In this document: positions 28,005 to 37,669 of the stretch, piece by piece | How positions within the stretch are numbered: the first letter of the stretch is position 1 | Layout: every line of letters begins with the position of its first letter | From: a virus | Virus record (IMG/VR): IMGVR_UViG_3300007539_000009 | Coordinates: 64,001 to 128,000 of that record | Length of the DNA: 64,000 nt | Reading direction: 5' to 3' (one strand) | Made by a program: the position numbers and the translations under genes | The notes under the pieces: generated by a model | What the model was told of the DNA's origin: nothing | What the model saw: the letters and a program-made list of their open reading frames with translations, nothing else | Databases searched by the model: none

Positions 28005-31000
28005 TCAGAGCTTTTGGCAGAGGGTTACGAGTCGAGCAAGCGGCATCGGGAACCGGTAGGTGTCGAGGAACCCGTGGTCGTGCTCTGCAGCAACAGGAGT
28101 GAACGGGATGTCTTCCGTGTCAAACGCCCCACCACTGGTCGACCCCGTCTCCTTGACACGAGGCAGAGTGGGACCAGTAGGGCCGCCACTGCCGTTAAGG
28201 ATCTCGTGGCTGTGGCCGCCTGACCCGTAGTTCATTTGCGTATCAGGCTCGTCGTAGCGAACGTATCCACCAGCCTCGACACGCAAGGACACCACGTCCT
28301 CAGGCAGCTCTAGCTGCCCAGCCACCGTCAGCGTAGTGGATGACTCTAGTGCTCGAGTCGACCACACCTGCCCTATGTCTGTTTGAGCGTTGGTCTGCAC
28401 TACACCAGCGATGGCTACGTTGCCGTTGCCGTCAATCGTGTGTTGACCTACGCCATACAGCTTTGCTGGACGAACCGAGATGACTCCGATGTCCGAGATC
28501 TCCTCAGTGATCTCAGTGCCAAACAGCTGCTGGCCGTCGTAGCGCTTGAATATGTAGCGACGAGCTGGGTCACCGTTAGTAAGATTGAACTGGTTGATAG
28601 CTGTGCATCGGACGATAGTACCGACAGTTTTGTCGACAACCGACAACCAAAGCACATCACCTACTGACGGCTCGAAGACTGATGAACTCCCTGCGAGAGG
28701 CACCGGCGGCCCTCCCAGGAACTGGGTTTTACGCACACCGTAATAACCAACAGGCACGCCTCCTTCAAAGAGTAAGGACGTGCCGACGTTAATATCGAAC
28801 GGCAGCCCGTCGCTAAACGTCTCTGTCTGCTCCTCGGCACTAGGACCTACGGGCGGAGTCGGCTGTTGACCTTGGTTCTGACTGACGAGGCCACCAAGAC
28901 CAACGAAGTTGGGATAACCAACCACTCCTTGTCCTTGACCGCCAGTATTGCCACTAGGGTCAGTAGGAACAGCGGAAACCAAAGACCCGACGAGTTGCGA
29001 AGTTCTATTGTTTACATCCGTGATCAAGAACGCAGGGTCCTGGTCTTCCGCAGCAGCACGGAAGCTATCTAAGGTGATACCAACGTTCGGTAGTACGGCT
29101 TTGACGTGTCCTGGTACAGACGCCAGATCGAAGAACGAGGCAGCGGTCAAAGCAGAGGATGCACCAGTAGGGCCAACTTGGTTCGTAACCACACCGAATG
29201 AGGGAGTATCGAACCGGTAGTCACCGTAGAGGGTGTACTCTGCGAGAATCGTGCTAGGCAGGACCGGGGTACCCTTTGCGTTATTCCAGGTGGCTTGAGC
29301 GTAAGTAGTCAGATCTTCATTAGGTGCTCCGATGCGCAGGTGGTCGATAGTGACGTCAGCAGTAGAAATCGGGTTACCGCTGAGCACTTCAGCTGCACCA
29401 ACCTGGAGGAACACAGAGTCATCGTTGATCGGAATACCTGTGCCCGTAACTTGGTTCGCGAAAGGCACGCGTGTGGTCGACTGCACGTTGTACGCCGCGC
29501 CGCTGACGACCATGGTTGCGCCGTAGTTAGCACCCGACCCCGGGTTAGCTGCAAAGTCAAAAGACGATCCCGCCTTGAACAATGCAGCAACGTGGAACCA
29601 TCCGCCTACTGTAGAGCCTGATGCTGTGGGGTTGGCCCAATCGATCACGTCATCTGTGGTCGCTGTACTCGTGAGGTACGTCGAGTTAGCCCGGATGTAC
29701 ATGACGGCCTGGAGGCGCCCGTCGGTAAGGATCTTGATGCCCCACCCGACGCGCTTAGCCGTATTGTTGTCGTCGATGTTGACTGTGTTTGCGATCCAGT
29801 GCTCTTGGCTGTTGTCGAACGCTCCAGGGTTGTACTTGAACCACAGATCAACGATTGCTTCGTTGGTCGGCACAAGTGATTGAGCGCTACCCAGGCCGCC
29901 TCGGTAGAAGCCTTGATCTCCGCCACCCAGCTGAATCGCGTTGCCGGGCTCGTCACTGACGCTCAGCTCGGCAAGCTCTGCAGGAGGAATTGTCGCGCCG
30001 TTGAAGCGCACCTGCATTCCAGGCTGCATGAGCTGCTGGAAGCTCGGAAACTCGATGGTCTCGAAGTTCACGTTTCCAGTGCCGACCTCTAGCGACTCGA
30101 CGTTGGTAGCACCTATCAGCTCGATAGGTGCACCGGCCTCGTCAAGTAGTGAGAACTCCTCATTATTCCACACCAGTGTCGTGCGATCAGTAATCGAATC
30201 ATAGGTAGTACTGCTAGGCAGGGGTAGCGTCACTACAGGTGCAGTGCCTGAGTTAGCAAAGCCTTGCAGCCGTTTGAACCCGGGAGGACAGATGCCGCCC
30301 CCTGCGTACATAACCACAGTGCCAGGCGAAATGACGTTGTCCAGTAGGTCCACTCGGTGCACTAGCGGGTCTACCGAGACCGTGTCATTGAGCGTGGTGC
30401 CCGGAGGCAGCGCGTTGTCGTCAGAGATAGCCACGCGCTGCGTAATGTCGCCCTTGCATGCGTACACGTCTGACACCTGGCAACGCACCGCGCCTTCCGC
30501 GATAGAGCTCATGATCGGCACTTCATTGACAGTACCGGCTGGCCAAGGCTGGTTCTGCGCAAAAAAGAAGTTACCGAAGGACGGAAGGTACGAACTTGTC
30601 ACCGTCACAACGCTCGTAGCGCCCGATGTGTCGATTGATGACGTCAGCACGCGGATCTGCGGCTGAACGTCCAGCAGAGTGTTGATCCACGGCTGGTCAG
30701 CGAACACACCTGGAGTACTGGTGAGCAGCGCCACCTTACCTACGGCAAGCCAGTCAGGTATGAGTATTGTCGGGACGCCCAGGTCTATCGCCACCGACAC
30801 GACCTCGACAGGTGAGCCACCGATGGTCTCCGTAGTAGCTTCGATGCTCTTAACAAGACCGCTGAACTCGCCGGCGTCGCCTGACTGCGGCGGCTGGATG
30901 CGCAAGGCAGCGCGGCCATCCTGAGGCACGGTGAATTCGCGGATGATGCGATTCACGTAGCGACGGTAGGTCAAATCCTCGTTACCGTTAGGCAGCTCAA

Positions 31001-32240
31001 ACCGTACATCCAATGATTCCGCCGATTCAGCGACAATACGCTCGGACAGTCGACCAAACCCGTCTATGTTGCCGTCAGCCTCTAATTGGCGAAACTCGAG
31101 GATAGGTAGGGCGGGGCGCAGGAACTCACCGGCTGCTTTGTACGTCATCGCTACTGTCATGTCGTAGCGATACACCGGCAAAGTGCGCGTGACGTTAGCT
31201 ACCGACTTAGGGAAGATCGCCCACGACATCGGCTCTTGGTCTTGCGCTGCAGGAGGCTGAGCAAACAGCACGTTAGCCGACTGGTTAATTACCAGAGCTA
31301 GCGTGAAAGTAGTTTGCGTAGCTCCGACGTTGAGGTTGCTGATCGTGCCGACGCCCGGTAGCGGCGCTTCAACGACAAAAATGTCTCCATCGCGCAGACC
31401 TGTGACACCTACGACTTGAAATCGTGGCAATGCGTTGATCACCGCTGCAGATGCGTCAATCGTCACCGTCCAGGTGTCTACGCCAAACTCAGACGTAGCC
31501 GCAATACTGATGCCTGAGATGCCGTCAGTCAGCTGGTTGGCTACGTGCTGAATACTGACATCAGCAGGAGGAACTACGGTCAGGCCATGATATGTGAAGC
31601 GATCTAGCTGAGGATTGCCAGCATTAACGGTGTCGCCTGGAATAAACGCAATGCCGCTATAGTTCAGCAGCAACTGCCCTACTCGATACACCCCGGAGTT
31701 TGTGTCGTTGAACGTGTCCGTCAGCGGCAGTGCATCACCCGGCTTCTGACGCACCTCGTACTGCTCGCGAGCGAACGACGGACCATCCTTGAGCTGCACC
31801 GTGCCTGTGTGCACGAACGGATGCTGGAAGATCAGATCAGAGGTGTAATTCTCTAGCGGCAGCTCCAGCGGTACGGCAAACAGATCGTCCAACACCTTGC
31901 CATCAATCGTGCTGAACTGCTTGAGCACCCGCAGTCCCGCCTTCTTGTAACCAAGCGGGATGAACTCAAGTCCGGTGACTAGGCGAGAGCTAGGGAACTG
32001 GACCAGGTCCGGACGGTCCAGGTACTGCCACATGCCCGGCTCTTGCGTGCTGAGATACGCACCTTCGGCTGGGCGCGTGATCTCCATCGCGTAGCGCGTG
32101 CGAACACTGGACGAGCTGGCGCTCGTCTGTAGCTGCCGCAGGTACGAGCCATGCCAGTACGCAGAGCCGTGGGCGAAGTTGCCGTTGCGGATGAGGCCAG
32201 GCGCAGAGCGCTGGCTCATGATTTCTAGGTTGCCGGTCAT
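28005..32240 (-). CDS. Tail fibre or receptor-binding-like protein with LamG/ConA-like domain
   Basis: LIRNGNF start; GTVVMYAGGGICPPGF; LamG-like AIVDLWFK...GWFHVAALF...IDHLRI; ends HDH...LVTLCQKL. Confidence 0.7.
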   Translation of the reverse strand: MTGNLEIMSQRSAPGLIRNGNFAHGSAYWHGSYLRQLQTSASSSSVRTRYAMEITRPAEGAYLSTQEPGMWQYLDRPDLVQFPSSRLVTGLEFIPLGYKKAGLRVLKQFSTIDGKVLDDLFAVPLELPLENYTSDLIFQHPFVHTGTVQLKDGPSFAREQYEVRQKPGDALPLTDTFNDTNSGVYRVGQLLLNYSGIAFIPGDTVNAGNPQLDRFTYHGLTVVPPADVSIQHVANQLTDGISGISIAATSEFGVDTWTVTIDASAAVINALPRFQVVGVTGLRDGDIFVVEAPLPGVGTISNLNVGATQTTFTLALVINQSANVLFAQPPAAQDQEPMSWAIFPKSVANVTRTLPVYRYDMTVAMTYKAAGEFLRPALPILEFRQLEADGNIDGFGRLSERIVAESAESLDVRFELPNGNEDLTYRRYVNRIIREFTVPQDGRAALRIQPPQSGDAGEFSGLVKSIEATTETIGGSPVEVVSVAIDLGVPTILIPDWLAVGKVALLTSTPGVFADQPWINTLLDVQPQIRVLTSSIDTSGATSVVTVTSSYLPSFGNFFFAQNQPWPAGTVNEVPIMSSIAEGAVRCQVSDVYACKGDITQRVAISDDNALPPGTTLNDTVSVDPLVHRVDLLDNVISPGTVVMYAGGGICPPGFKRLQGFANSGTAPVVTLPLPSSTTYDSITDRTTLVWNNEEFSLLDEAGAPIELIGATNVESLEVGTGNVNFETIEFPSFQQLMQPGMQVRFNGATIPPAELAELSVSDEPGNAIQLGGGDQGFYRGGLGSAQSLVPTNEAIVDLWFKYNPGAFDNSQEHWIANTVNIDDNNTAKRVGWGIKILTDGRLQAVMYIRANSTYLTSTATTDDVIDWANPTASGSTVGGWFHVAALFKAGSSFDFAANPGSGANYGATMVVSGAAYNVQSTTRVPFANQVTGTGIPINDDSVFLQVGAAEVLSGNPISTADVTIDHLRIGAPNEDLTTYAQATWNNAKGTPVLPSTILAEYTLYGDYRFDTPSFGVVTNQVGPTGASSALTAASFFDLASVPGHVKAVLPNVGITLDSFRAAAEDQDPAFLITDVNNRTSQLVGSLVSAVPTDPSGNTGGQGQGVVGYPNFVGLGGLVSQNQGQQPTPPVGPSAEEQTETFSDGLPFDINVGTSLLFEGGVPVGYYGVRKTQFLGGPPVPLAGSSSVFEPSVGDVLWLSVVDKTVGTIVRCTAINQFNLTNGDPARRYIFKRYDGQQLFGTEITEEISDIGVISVRPAKLYGVGQHTIDGNGNVAIAGVVQTNAQTDIGQVWSTRALESSTTLTVAGQLELPEDVVSLRVEAGGYVRYDEPDTQMNYGSGGHSHEILNGSGGPTGPTLPRVKETGSTSGGAFDTEDIPFTPVAAEHDHGFLDTYRFPMPLARLVTLCQKL

Positions 32241-33334
32241 AGACGCTTACAGAGGCGGAAGCCGCGTGAGACAGGACGTGTGGCTGCCTGCTCGAAGGTG
32301 TGAGGGTGATCCGGGATGCCGTTGTTACCGCCCGGTGCGTCTACAGAAGGGTTGGTTCCTGCGTAGTCGAGCTCCGCACCAGTCTGCCCGGCATCCTCCA
32401 CGACCGTTTTTGAGTTCTCAGACACGAAGTTCACGTTGTCGGGTGTGCCCGGGGTGATCTTGGTGACCTCGGAACCGTGCAGCTCAGTACCGGTGAGCCC
32501 TGATGATGTGCGCGGGAAGTTGCCAATGCGCGTTTGCACGTCAGAGTCGGCCGCAACCCACTCGTCCAGCGGCTGCTCATCACCGTTACCGAGCTCCTCG
32601 AACCCGGGAGGGCAGCCGCCACCCATGGACATGATGATCGCACCTTGCGGGAAGCACTCAAGCAGAGGGTCACCGAGGTACGGCAGCGCCGAGTACGCCC
32701 CGAGCGTGAACGAGAACAAACTGACGTCAACTGTGGCCAGATCGCTGTCAGCCTGACGGCTAGTGCGCAGCCCCATCTTGCTCACGGGCTGGGGCACTTG
32801 AACGATGGCACTGAACCGACGCCACAACCCCTCGCTCTGAGCGCGACGGTCAAGCTGCTGACCCTCGAGAGGCGTCAGAGTGAGCTCGGTACCGTCAAGC
32901 CCGTACGCCACTGGCGTAAAAACATAGCCTCCCTGAGTACCTCGGTAGCTCCACGAGAAGGTGTAGACCTCCTCCTCGATCAGCGAGCTCACTTCACCGA
33001 TATAGCCAGCTTGTACCGATGCTACCTTCTCCGGCTGGAGCGGTACTTGGAAGTCAAACACCTGCGAGTTGGGGTCGGGCAGGAATGACTGCAGCAACTC
33101 AATGTTGTTGGTGCTCTGCAGCGTCAACTGCAGCCCGCGTTCAGGCCCTGCAGATAGATCCTGGTCAGTCAAGACAGCGAAGTTGTTGCTCGAGACCGCC
33201 TCAGGCAGCGACGACTCAACTGCACCAGCGATTTCCCACACCGCAGGGCGACCATCTGACTGCACCAGGTCAAAGTGGCCGTTGCGCAGCAGGTTGACGG
33301 CCTGGTACGTGCTGGTGAACCTGAGCGCACTCAT
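32237..33334 (-). CDS. Tail-associated protein: CBM-like N-terminus plus collar-like motif
   Basis: NLLRNGHFD; GAIIMSMGGGCPPGF; ends HPH...RGFRLCKRL. Confidence 0.7.
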   Translation of the reverse strand: MSALRFTSTYQAVNLLRNGHFDLVQSDGRPAVWEIAGAVESSLPEAVSSNNFAVLTDQDLSAGPERGLQLTLQSTNNIELLQSFLPDPNSQVFDFQVPLQPEKVASVQAGYIGEVSSLIEEEVYTFSWSYRGTQGGYVFTPVAYGLDGTELTLTPLEGQQLDRRAQSEGLWRRFSAIVQVPQPVSKMGLRTSRQADSDLATVDVSLFSFTLGAYSALPYLGDPLLECFPQGAIIMSMGGGCPPGFEELGNGDEQPLDEWVAADSDVQTRIGNFPRTSSGLTGTELHGSEVTKITPGTPDNVNFVSENSKTVVEDAGQTGAELDYAGTNPSVDAPGGNNGIPDHPHTFEQAATRPVSRGFRLCKRL

Positions 33335-33759
33335 CAGTTCTTGCCTTTGGCGGCCGGTTCGATCCCCCGCATTCTCAGCCGGCCTTCCAGGCTGCGCTGA
33401 ATGTCATCAAACGGGGGCACCGGCATCAGCACCGGCTCCACCACAGGCTCCTCCTCGATCTCAGACTCAGGAGGGGGACCACCAGGACCAGCAGGGCCGG
33501 CTGAGCCCGGTATGCCAGGCGCAGGCAGCATTACCGGCTCCTCGCTGACCATCATGTCTGACACCATCGGGGGCGGCAGCTGCAGGAACAGGACGGTCAG
33601 GTCCTGGATGGTGGCGCGCAGCTCCCTGATGTCGTCGTCCTGCCGACCATTGATCACGTTGCCGCTGCTGAAGTCATGGATGGACAGGCTGACCCATCCG
33701 ATCCAAGCGAGTGCACCACCCGCTACGGTGCCCAGGAGTATCTTCGTACCTTCGTGCAT
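33334..33759 (-). CDS. Membrane-anchored protein with coiled coil and Pro-rich tail
   Basis: Start MHEG (33759); N-terminal hydrophobic helix ILLGTVAGGALAWIGWVSL. Confidence 0.7.
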   Translation of the reverse strand: MHEGTKILLGTVAGGALAWIGWVSLSIHDFSSGNVINGRQDDDIRELRATIQDLTVLFLQLPPPMVSDMMVSEEPVMLPAPGIPGSAGPAGPGGPPPESEIEEEPVVEPVLMPVPPFDDIQRSLEGRLRMRGIEPAAKGKN

Positions 33760-33783
33760 AGCCAATCGTCCTGAACATACCGT

Positions 33784-33821
33784 AAAAGAAAAGCGCCCGA
33801 CCATTGCGGTGGCCGGGCGCT
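33784..33821 (-). terminator. Intrinsic terminator
   Basis: AGCGCCCGGCCA [CCGCAA] UGGUCGGGCGCU followed by UUUCUUUU. Confidence 0.85.
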
Positions 33822-33831
33822 GATCCAGTCT

Positions 33832-33993
33832 TCAAACGAGGCGCTTCACAACTTCGTCCTGTTTCTCAGGGTCAGCCGCGTCCCGTCGGAGCTTTCCAGC
33901 CTCGATCATGGACGCTACCAGCTGATCCCTGAACGCTAGGGCCTGGGACCATTGTGCCGATTCAGACCACATCCCGGCATGGGGACTACTCAT
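33832..33993 (-). CDS. Small hypothetical protein (53 aa)
   Basis: ATG 33993 overlaps upstream stop; followed by terminator. Confidence 0.5.
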   Translation of the reverse strand: MSSPHAGMWSESAQWSQALAFRDQLVASMIEAGKLRRDAADPEKQDEVVKRLV

Positions 33994-34276
33994 CGGACTT
34001 GTAGTGCTTGAGGGTCTCTTCGATCTGCTGAATGCCGGCCTGCATGTCAGCGACGACAGCATCAATGGCTGCCAGTTGATCTGCCTTGGTGATGGTCTGC
34101 TGTCCCGCCACGATCAGCGAGTCCCGGCCACTCGCCGCGATCGTCTTGCGGGCTTCGCCTAGTGCAAGTACACGACGCTTGAGATCGGTGGCCACAACCT
34201 CCATCTCACGCATGCGCTGCTTGACGTGTTTTTCGGAGTGGGCCTGTGCTTGCTGAAACTGGTGCTCTGAGTTCAT
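33986..34276 (-). CDS. Coiled-coil hypothetical protein
   Basis: ATGA-coupled ORF. Confidence 0.7.
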   Translation of the reverse strand: MNSEHQFQQAQAHSEKHVKQRMREMEVVATDLKRRVLALGEARKTIAASGRDSLIVAGQQTITKADQLAAIDAVVADMQAGIQQIEETLKHYKSDE

Positions 34277-34629
34277 TCGGTATCCCTAAGGTTGGTATGT
34301 TTTGCCACTAGCTGCTGAGCGGCGTTCATGAACAACTGATTGGTGCGTTCAAAGATGACGTCGTATGCCGGGTTGAGCTCAATCTCAGCGTCGGTCCGCT
34401 CGTCATACAACGGTTTGCTGAGTCCGCGTTTGTACGCCTTGACTGTCCGCATTCGGACATAAGAGGCACGGGGGATACTGGACCTCCAGAACTGCCACCA
34501 GCGTCGTCGCGCGAGTGGCCCTACACGCACCTGGTCCAGCACGTAGAAAACGATGATGCCATCGTTGCGCATCTCACTGCCCGCGCAGGCAACTTGATAT
34601 GTGATCCAGTCCGAGTCGGTGTACTGCAT
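34273..34629 (-). CDS. Hypothetical protein
   Basis: Start MQYT at 34629 with AGGAG RBS. Confidence 0.7.
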   Translation of the reverse strand: MQYTDSDWITYQVACAGSEMRNDGIIVFYVLDQVRVGPLARRRWWQFWRSSIPRASYVRMRTVKAYKRGLSKPLYDERTDAEIELNPAYDVIFERTNQLFMNAAQQLVAKHTNLRDTE

Positions 34630-34659
34630 AGTTGCTCCTAAAAGCAAAGGAGTAAGAGA

Positions 34660-34693
34660 GAGGGGATACAGGACTCATGCCCCATATCCCCTC
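34660..34693 (-). terminator. Terminator-like hairpin
   Basis: GAGGGGAUA...UAUCCCCUC stem right after stop at 34698, followed by a pyrimidine-rich tract. Confidence 0.55.
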
Positions 34694-34697
34694 ACGT

Positions 34698-35042
34698 TTA
34701 GACGTCGATGCGCGGGTGTGGCGCGTCTTCTGGAGCAAACCACTCGAAGTGGCCGCAGACGTGACAACGCCAAAGCTGCTCCATGCCCCGGCTTACTTGC
34801 TTCTCATCGTGCTTCCATAGATGACCACCTGAGTGGCCGCAGCGCATGCGCCGATGATAGATGCGACGCACTTCGCGCCACGCTCTGATCTCATCGACAA
34901 TTGCATCTCGCCAGATGCCTACCCAGATGTTGCTGAGTAGACGCCACAGTGAAGCAGGACGAGCCGGCCAGTTCTTCTGATGCCCTACTGGCAGCTGGCG
35001 TTTACGACCTGCGTACCACTCATACTCCGTCATCACCCTCAC
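34698..35042 (-). CDS. Hypothetical protein with C/H-rich zinc-ribbon-like C-terminus
   Basis: CGHSGGH...WRCHVCGH. Confidence 0.6.
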   Translation of the reverse strand: MRVMTEYEWYAGRKRQLPVGHQKNWPARPASLWRLLSNIWVGIWRDAIVDEIRAWREVRRIYHRRMRCGHSGGHLWKHDEKQVSRGMEQLWRCHVCGHFEWFAPEDAPHPRIDV

Positions 35043-35448
35043 CTTCAGGGGTCAGGTCGAGCTCCACACCCCAATCAGGGGCGTTGATGTCAGCAATGGC
35101 CGCGCCCTTGTCCGTGATCATGAGGCCCGAGCCATCAGGACCATCTACCGTGGTTACCCAGTCACGGTCGATCAGTGCGTTGAGGATCTGCGTGGGCAGC
35201 TGCACGGGGAACTTGTAGTACTCACGCTCCTCGACTGACTGGGCTACGGCGAACTGGAAGCTGACGAACACCAGCCAGCCGATCACGCGCTGGTCGGTGA
35301 GCTCATCTTTCATTTGGAGATAGCGCTCGTGAATCCGCTCTGCCATGCCGATCGGGTTGTTCACGTCAATGGCCATGTCAGGGACAATGCCGGTGAGGAA
35401 CCCAAGGGCTTGGATGTATTGCGAGTTCAGGCTCTCTTCTTCAGTCAT
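35020..35448 (-). CDS. Hypothetical protein
   Basis: Start MTEEES overlaps GroES stop. Confidence 0.65.
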   Translation of the reverse strand: MTEEESLNSQYIQALGFLTGIVPDMAIDVNNPIGMAERIHERYLQMKDELTDQRVIGWLVFVSFQFAVAQSVEEREYYKFPVQLPTQILNALIDRDWVTTVDGPDGSGLMITDKGAAIADINAPDWGVELDLTPEGEGDDGV

Positions 35449-35734
35449 TGGTGTACGCCAGGATGTCGTTTTCACGCAGGACGAGGTAGGTATCTCCGTC
35501 TAGGTCAACTTCTAATCCAGCGTACGAGCTGATGATCACGCGGTCTCCCGCCTTCGTTGATGTAGGCAGGAAGTCGCCTGACTCCTCAGTGATTCCAGGA
35601 CCGACAGCCAGCACTGTGCCCTCTCGAGCCGGCTCCTGCAGTTGATCCGGGATCACGATGCCACAGTCCCACTCGGTGATCTTGTTGTCGAGCTTGAGGA
35701 GGATGTTGTCTCTGAGGGGCTTGAAGTCGATCAT
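35441..35734 (-). CDS. groES: Co-chaperonin GroES (Cpn10)
   Basis: FKPLRDNILL, GIVIPD, EGTVLAVGPG, GDRVIISSYAGLEV, YLVLRENDILA. Confidence 0.93.
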   Translation of the reverse strand: MIDFKPLRDNILLKLDNKITEWDCGIVIPDQLQEPAREGTVLAVGPGITEESGDFLPTSTKAGDRVIISSYAGLEVDLDGDTYLVLRENDILAYTND

Positions 35735-36087
35735 GCGAAGGGATCCTGGTTTGTCGAGAAGCCGGATGCCGCACTACTGCGCAGCTGGAAGAATCGAGCG
35801 TGCTGCGGATACTCCGCAATGAACATGCGCGCGTACACAGAGTGGTGGTTGTTGTTGAGCTTGTAGGGCTCTCCTCTGGTCTCGATCATCGTGTACCACC
35901 TAAGGCGCTCCCAGATCATCTTTGCACCGAAATAGTCTCGCCCGCTAGCTACCGCCTCTAGCGCAAACCGCCGGAACAGTTTGTACACCTCGGGGTTGTC
36001 GCGATGAAAGACTATAGCGGCGTCAAACATAGAGCTGTCTTGACGCACAGATTGGGCAGGGGTCCACGGATCATCTGCTTTGACCAT
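35731..36087 (-). CDS. Conserved phage hypothetical protein
   Basis: IWERLRW...YKLNNNH...YARMF...FFQLR motif familiar from phage hypotheticals. Confidence 0.75.
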   Translation of the reverse strand: MVKADDPWTPAQSVRQDSSMFDAAIVFHRDNPEVYKLFRRFALEAVASGRDYFGAKMIWERLRWYTMIETRGEPYKLNNNHHSVYARMFIAEYPQHARFFQLRSSAASGFSTNQDPFA

Positions 36088-36475
36088 CGAAACGCTCCCT
36101 CAGTTGCTGCACCTGCTTATTGATGTCTTGCTGCCAACCGTCCTTGGTCTTGGGCGGGCGGTCATCAACGAGGACCATACCCTGCACTTCTGCATCTCGG
36201 ATCACCACCATGCAGGCCATTGCTTTCACGAGGTGTGAGACGCCTGACTCGAGATCAGTGTCTTCGCCTTCCCACCACGCATCGAGGTGACGGCGCGCTG
36301 CATCGTAGTACGTAGATGTCACGAGCCCAGCAGTGCGCCAGTTGTACGCGCCATACTTAAGCGCGCCTTCTAGCATTGCGAGACCGAGCTCGTGCATCAC
36401 AACAGGCGGCACGACATGCGTGACTGACTTGGCTGAGCCAGCTTCGTGCTTCGGGTTATCACCAGGGATTGTCAC
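36071..36475 (-). CDS. dATP/dGTP diphosphohydrolase-domain protein (DUF5664-like)
   Basis: NPK..AG..K, AMLEGALKYGAYNWR, YYDAARRHLDAWWEGEDTDLESGVSHL. Confidence 0.85.
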   Translation of the reverse strand: MTIPGDNPKHEAGSAKSVTHVVPPVVMHELGLAMLEGALKYGAYNWRTAGLVTSTYYDAARRHLDAWWEGEDTDLESGVSHLVKAMACMVVIRDAEVQGMVLVDDRPPKTKDGWQQDINKQVQQLRERFDGQSR

Positions 36476-36687
36476 ACGCTCAGCTCCTTAATCATGGACT
36501 CTGCTTCGTTAGCGACATCAAGTTGACCGATATTGCCGTGAATGAACTCGAATGCCTCTTTCGCCCTAGCCAGCTTGGTGCGTAGTGCTTCGTACTCTTC
36601 CCACTCGACATACTCACCATCATCAGAGGTCTCAAGAACGTAGCCGGTAGCCCGGTCAATGTTGAGTGTCCAACGCTCTACAGTCAT
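36472..36687 (-). CDS. Hypothetical protein
   Basis: Overlap-coupled ORF. Confidence 0.65.
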   Translation of the reverse strand: MTVERWTLNIDRATGYVLETSDDGEYVEWEEYEALRTKLARAKEAFEFIHGNIGQLDVANEAESMIKELSV

Positions 36688-37085
36688 GCCTTGTCTGCCT
36701 CTGCTTCGTAATCGATGGGCTTGCCGTCTAGAGCTCTACGGGCGAGCCGCATGTCCTGCTCGGTGATGACAAACGCCTCTGCCATAGGATCGAGGATACT
36801 GAAGGTGCTGCGCGGCTTACTGTGGAACTCGAAGAACAGCACGAAAGGCCGCAGTAACTCGGTGCGTTGTTTGATCTCCCTGCAGGCCGCAGCCATCGCA
36901 TCGTCGATTGCACCTTCCCACTTGACCGGGTACGTGTTCTGCAGCTCCATCCAGTGATCAGCTGCACGGCTAACCAGATCCGACATGCGCTGAACTGCTT
37001 GCCTGCAGTCAACGGCAACAAAAGTCATCTTCTCGAGCTGAGCCTCAAGCTGCTTGATGCGCTCCTTGTCACTGAGCTCGCTCAT
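36684..37085 (-). CDS. Hypothetical protein
   Basis: ATGA-coupled ORF. Confidence 0.7.
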   Translation of the reverse strand: MSELSDKERIKQLEAQLEKMTFVAVDCRQAVQRMSDLVSRAADHWMELQNTYPVKWEGAIDDAMAAACREIKQRTELLRPFVLFFEFHSKPRSTFSILDPMAEAFVITEQDMRLARRALDGKPIDYEAEADKA

Positions 37086-37345
37086 TGGGTCTCTTCCAGG
37101 TGCTTAGCCGCTTTGATCAGCAGCTCACCGATTTGTCGCGCGTGCTTGGAGCCGCTGATGACCAGCTCACTGCTGGGCTTGGTCTGGAGCATCGTAGTGC
37201 TGCCTTCGAGATCGCGACCACGGACCTGGATGGTGACGCAGTAGTCGTTAGGCACGGTAGTGATGGTGAACGCGAAGTCACCGGCACTATCCCACAGCAC
37301 GTATTCAACGTCCACGTGATCGTCTGACTCTTTGTTGTCGTTCAT
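37082..37345 (-). CDS. Hypothetical protein
   Basis: Likely start MNDNKE at 37345; ATGA overlap downstream. Confidence 0.6.
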   Translation of the reverse strand: MNDNKESDDHVDVEYVLWDSAGDFAFTITTVPNDYCVTIQVRGRDLEGSTTMLQTKPSSELVISGSKHARQIGELLIKAAKHLEETQ

Positions 37346-37444
37346 TGCAGTAAAGAAGAAAGGGGTAAAGGGTGCGGGTACGTGTGACTTATGCCACATG
37401 CACCCGCGCGGGTTGTCAGACCTTTTGGGTCTTGTGGTACTCAG

Positions 37445-37669
37445 TCATTCGGGTAACCGTGCTTTCTCTGCTAGGCGAGCCGCCTCGCTGATGCGCTTGG
37501 CGATCTCAGGGGCTAGTTCGATGGGGAACCTCACCACGTCTTTCATGACGAGCTTATCGTCTTCCCGCTCGTGATAAGAAACAACGATCCTAATCGCGTC
37601 CTCATCAGCCACGTTCCAGTGGTACTCAGAATTGTTGGTGACCAGAAACTCGGTCCAGGGCTTGCTCAT
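37445..37669 (-). CDS. Hypothetical protein
   Basis: Start MSKPW, ATGA-coupled. Confidence 0.6.
   Translation of the reverse strand: MSKPWTEFLVTNNSEYHWNVADEDAIRIVVSYHEREDDKLVMKDVVRFPIELAPEIAKRISEAARLAEKARLPE

Noticed and set aside
10710-33334. Diversity-generating retroelement targeting fibre genes
   Set aside because: No reverse transcriptase and no template/variable repeat pair with adenine-specific mismatches noticed by eye.
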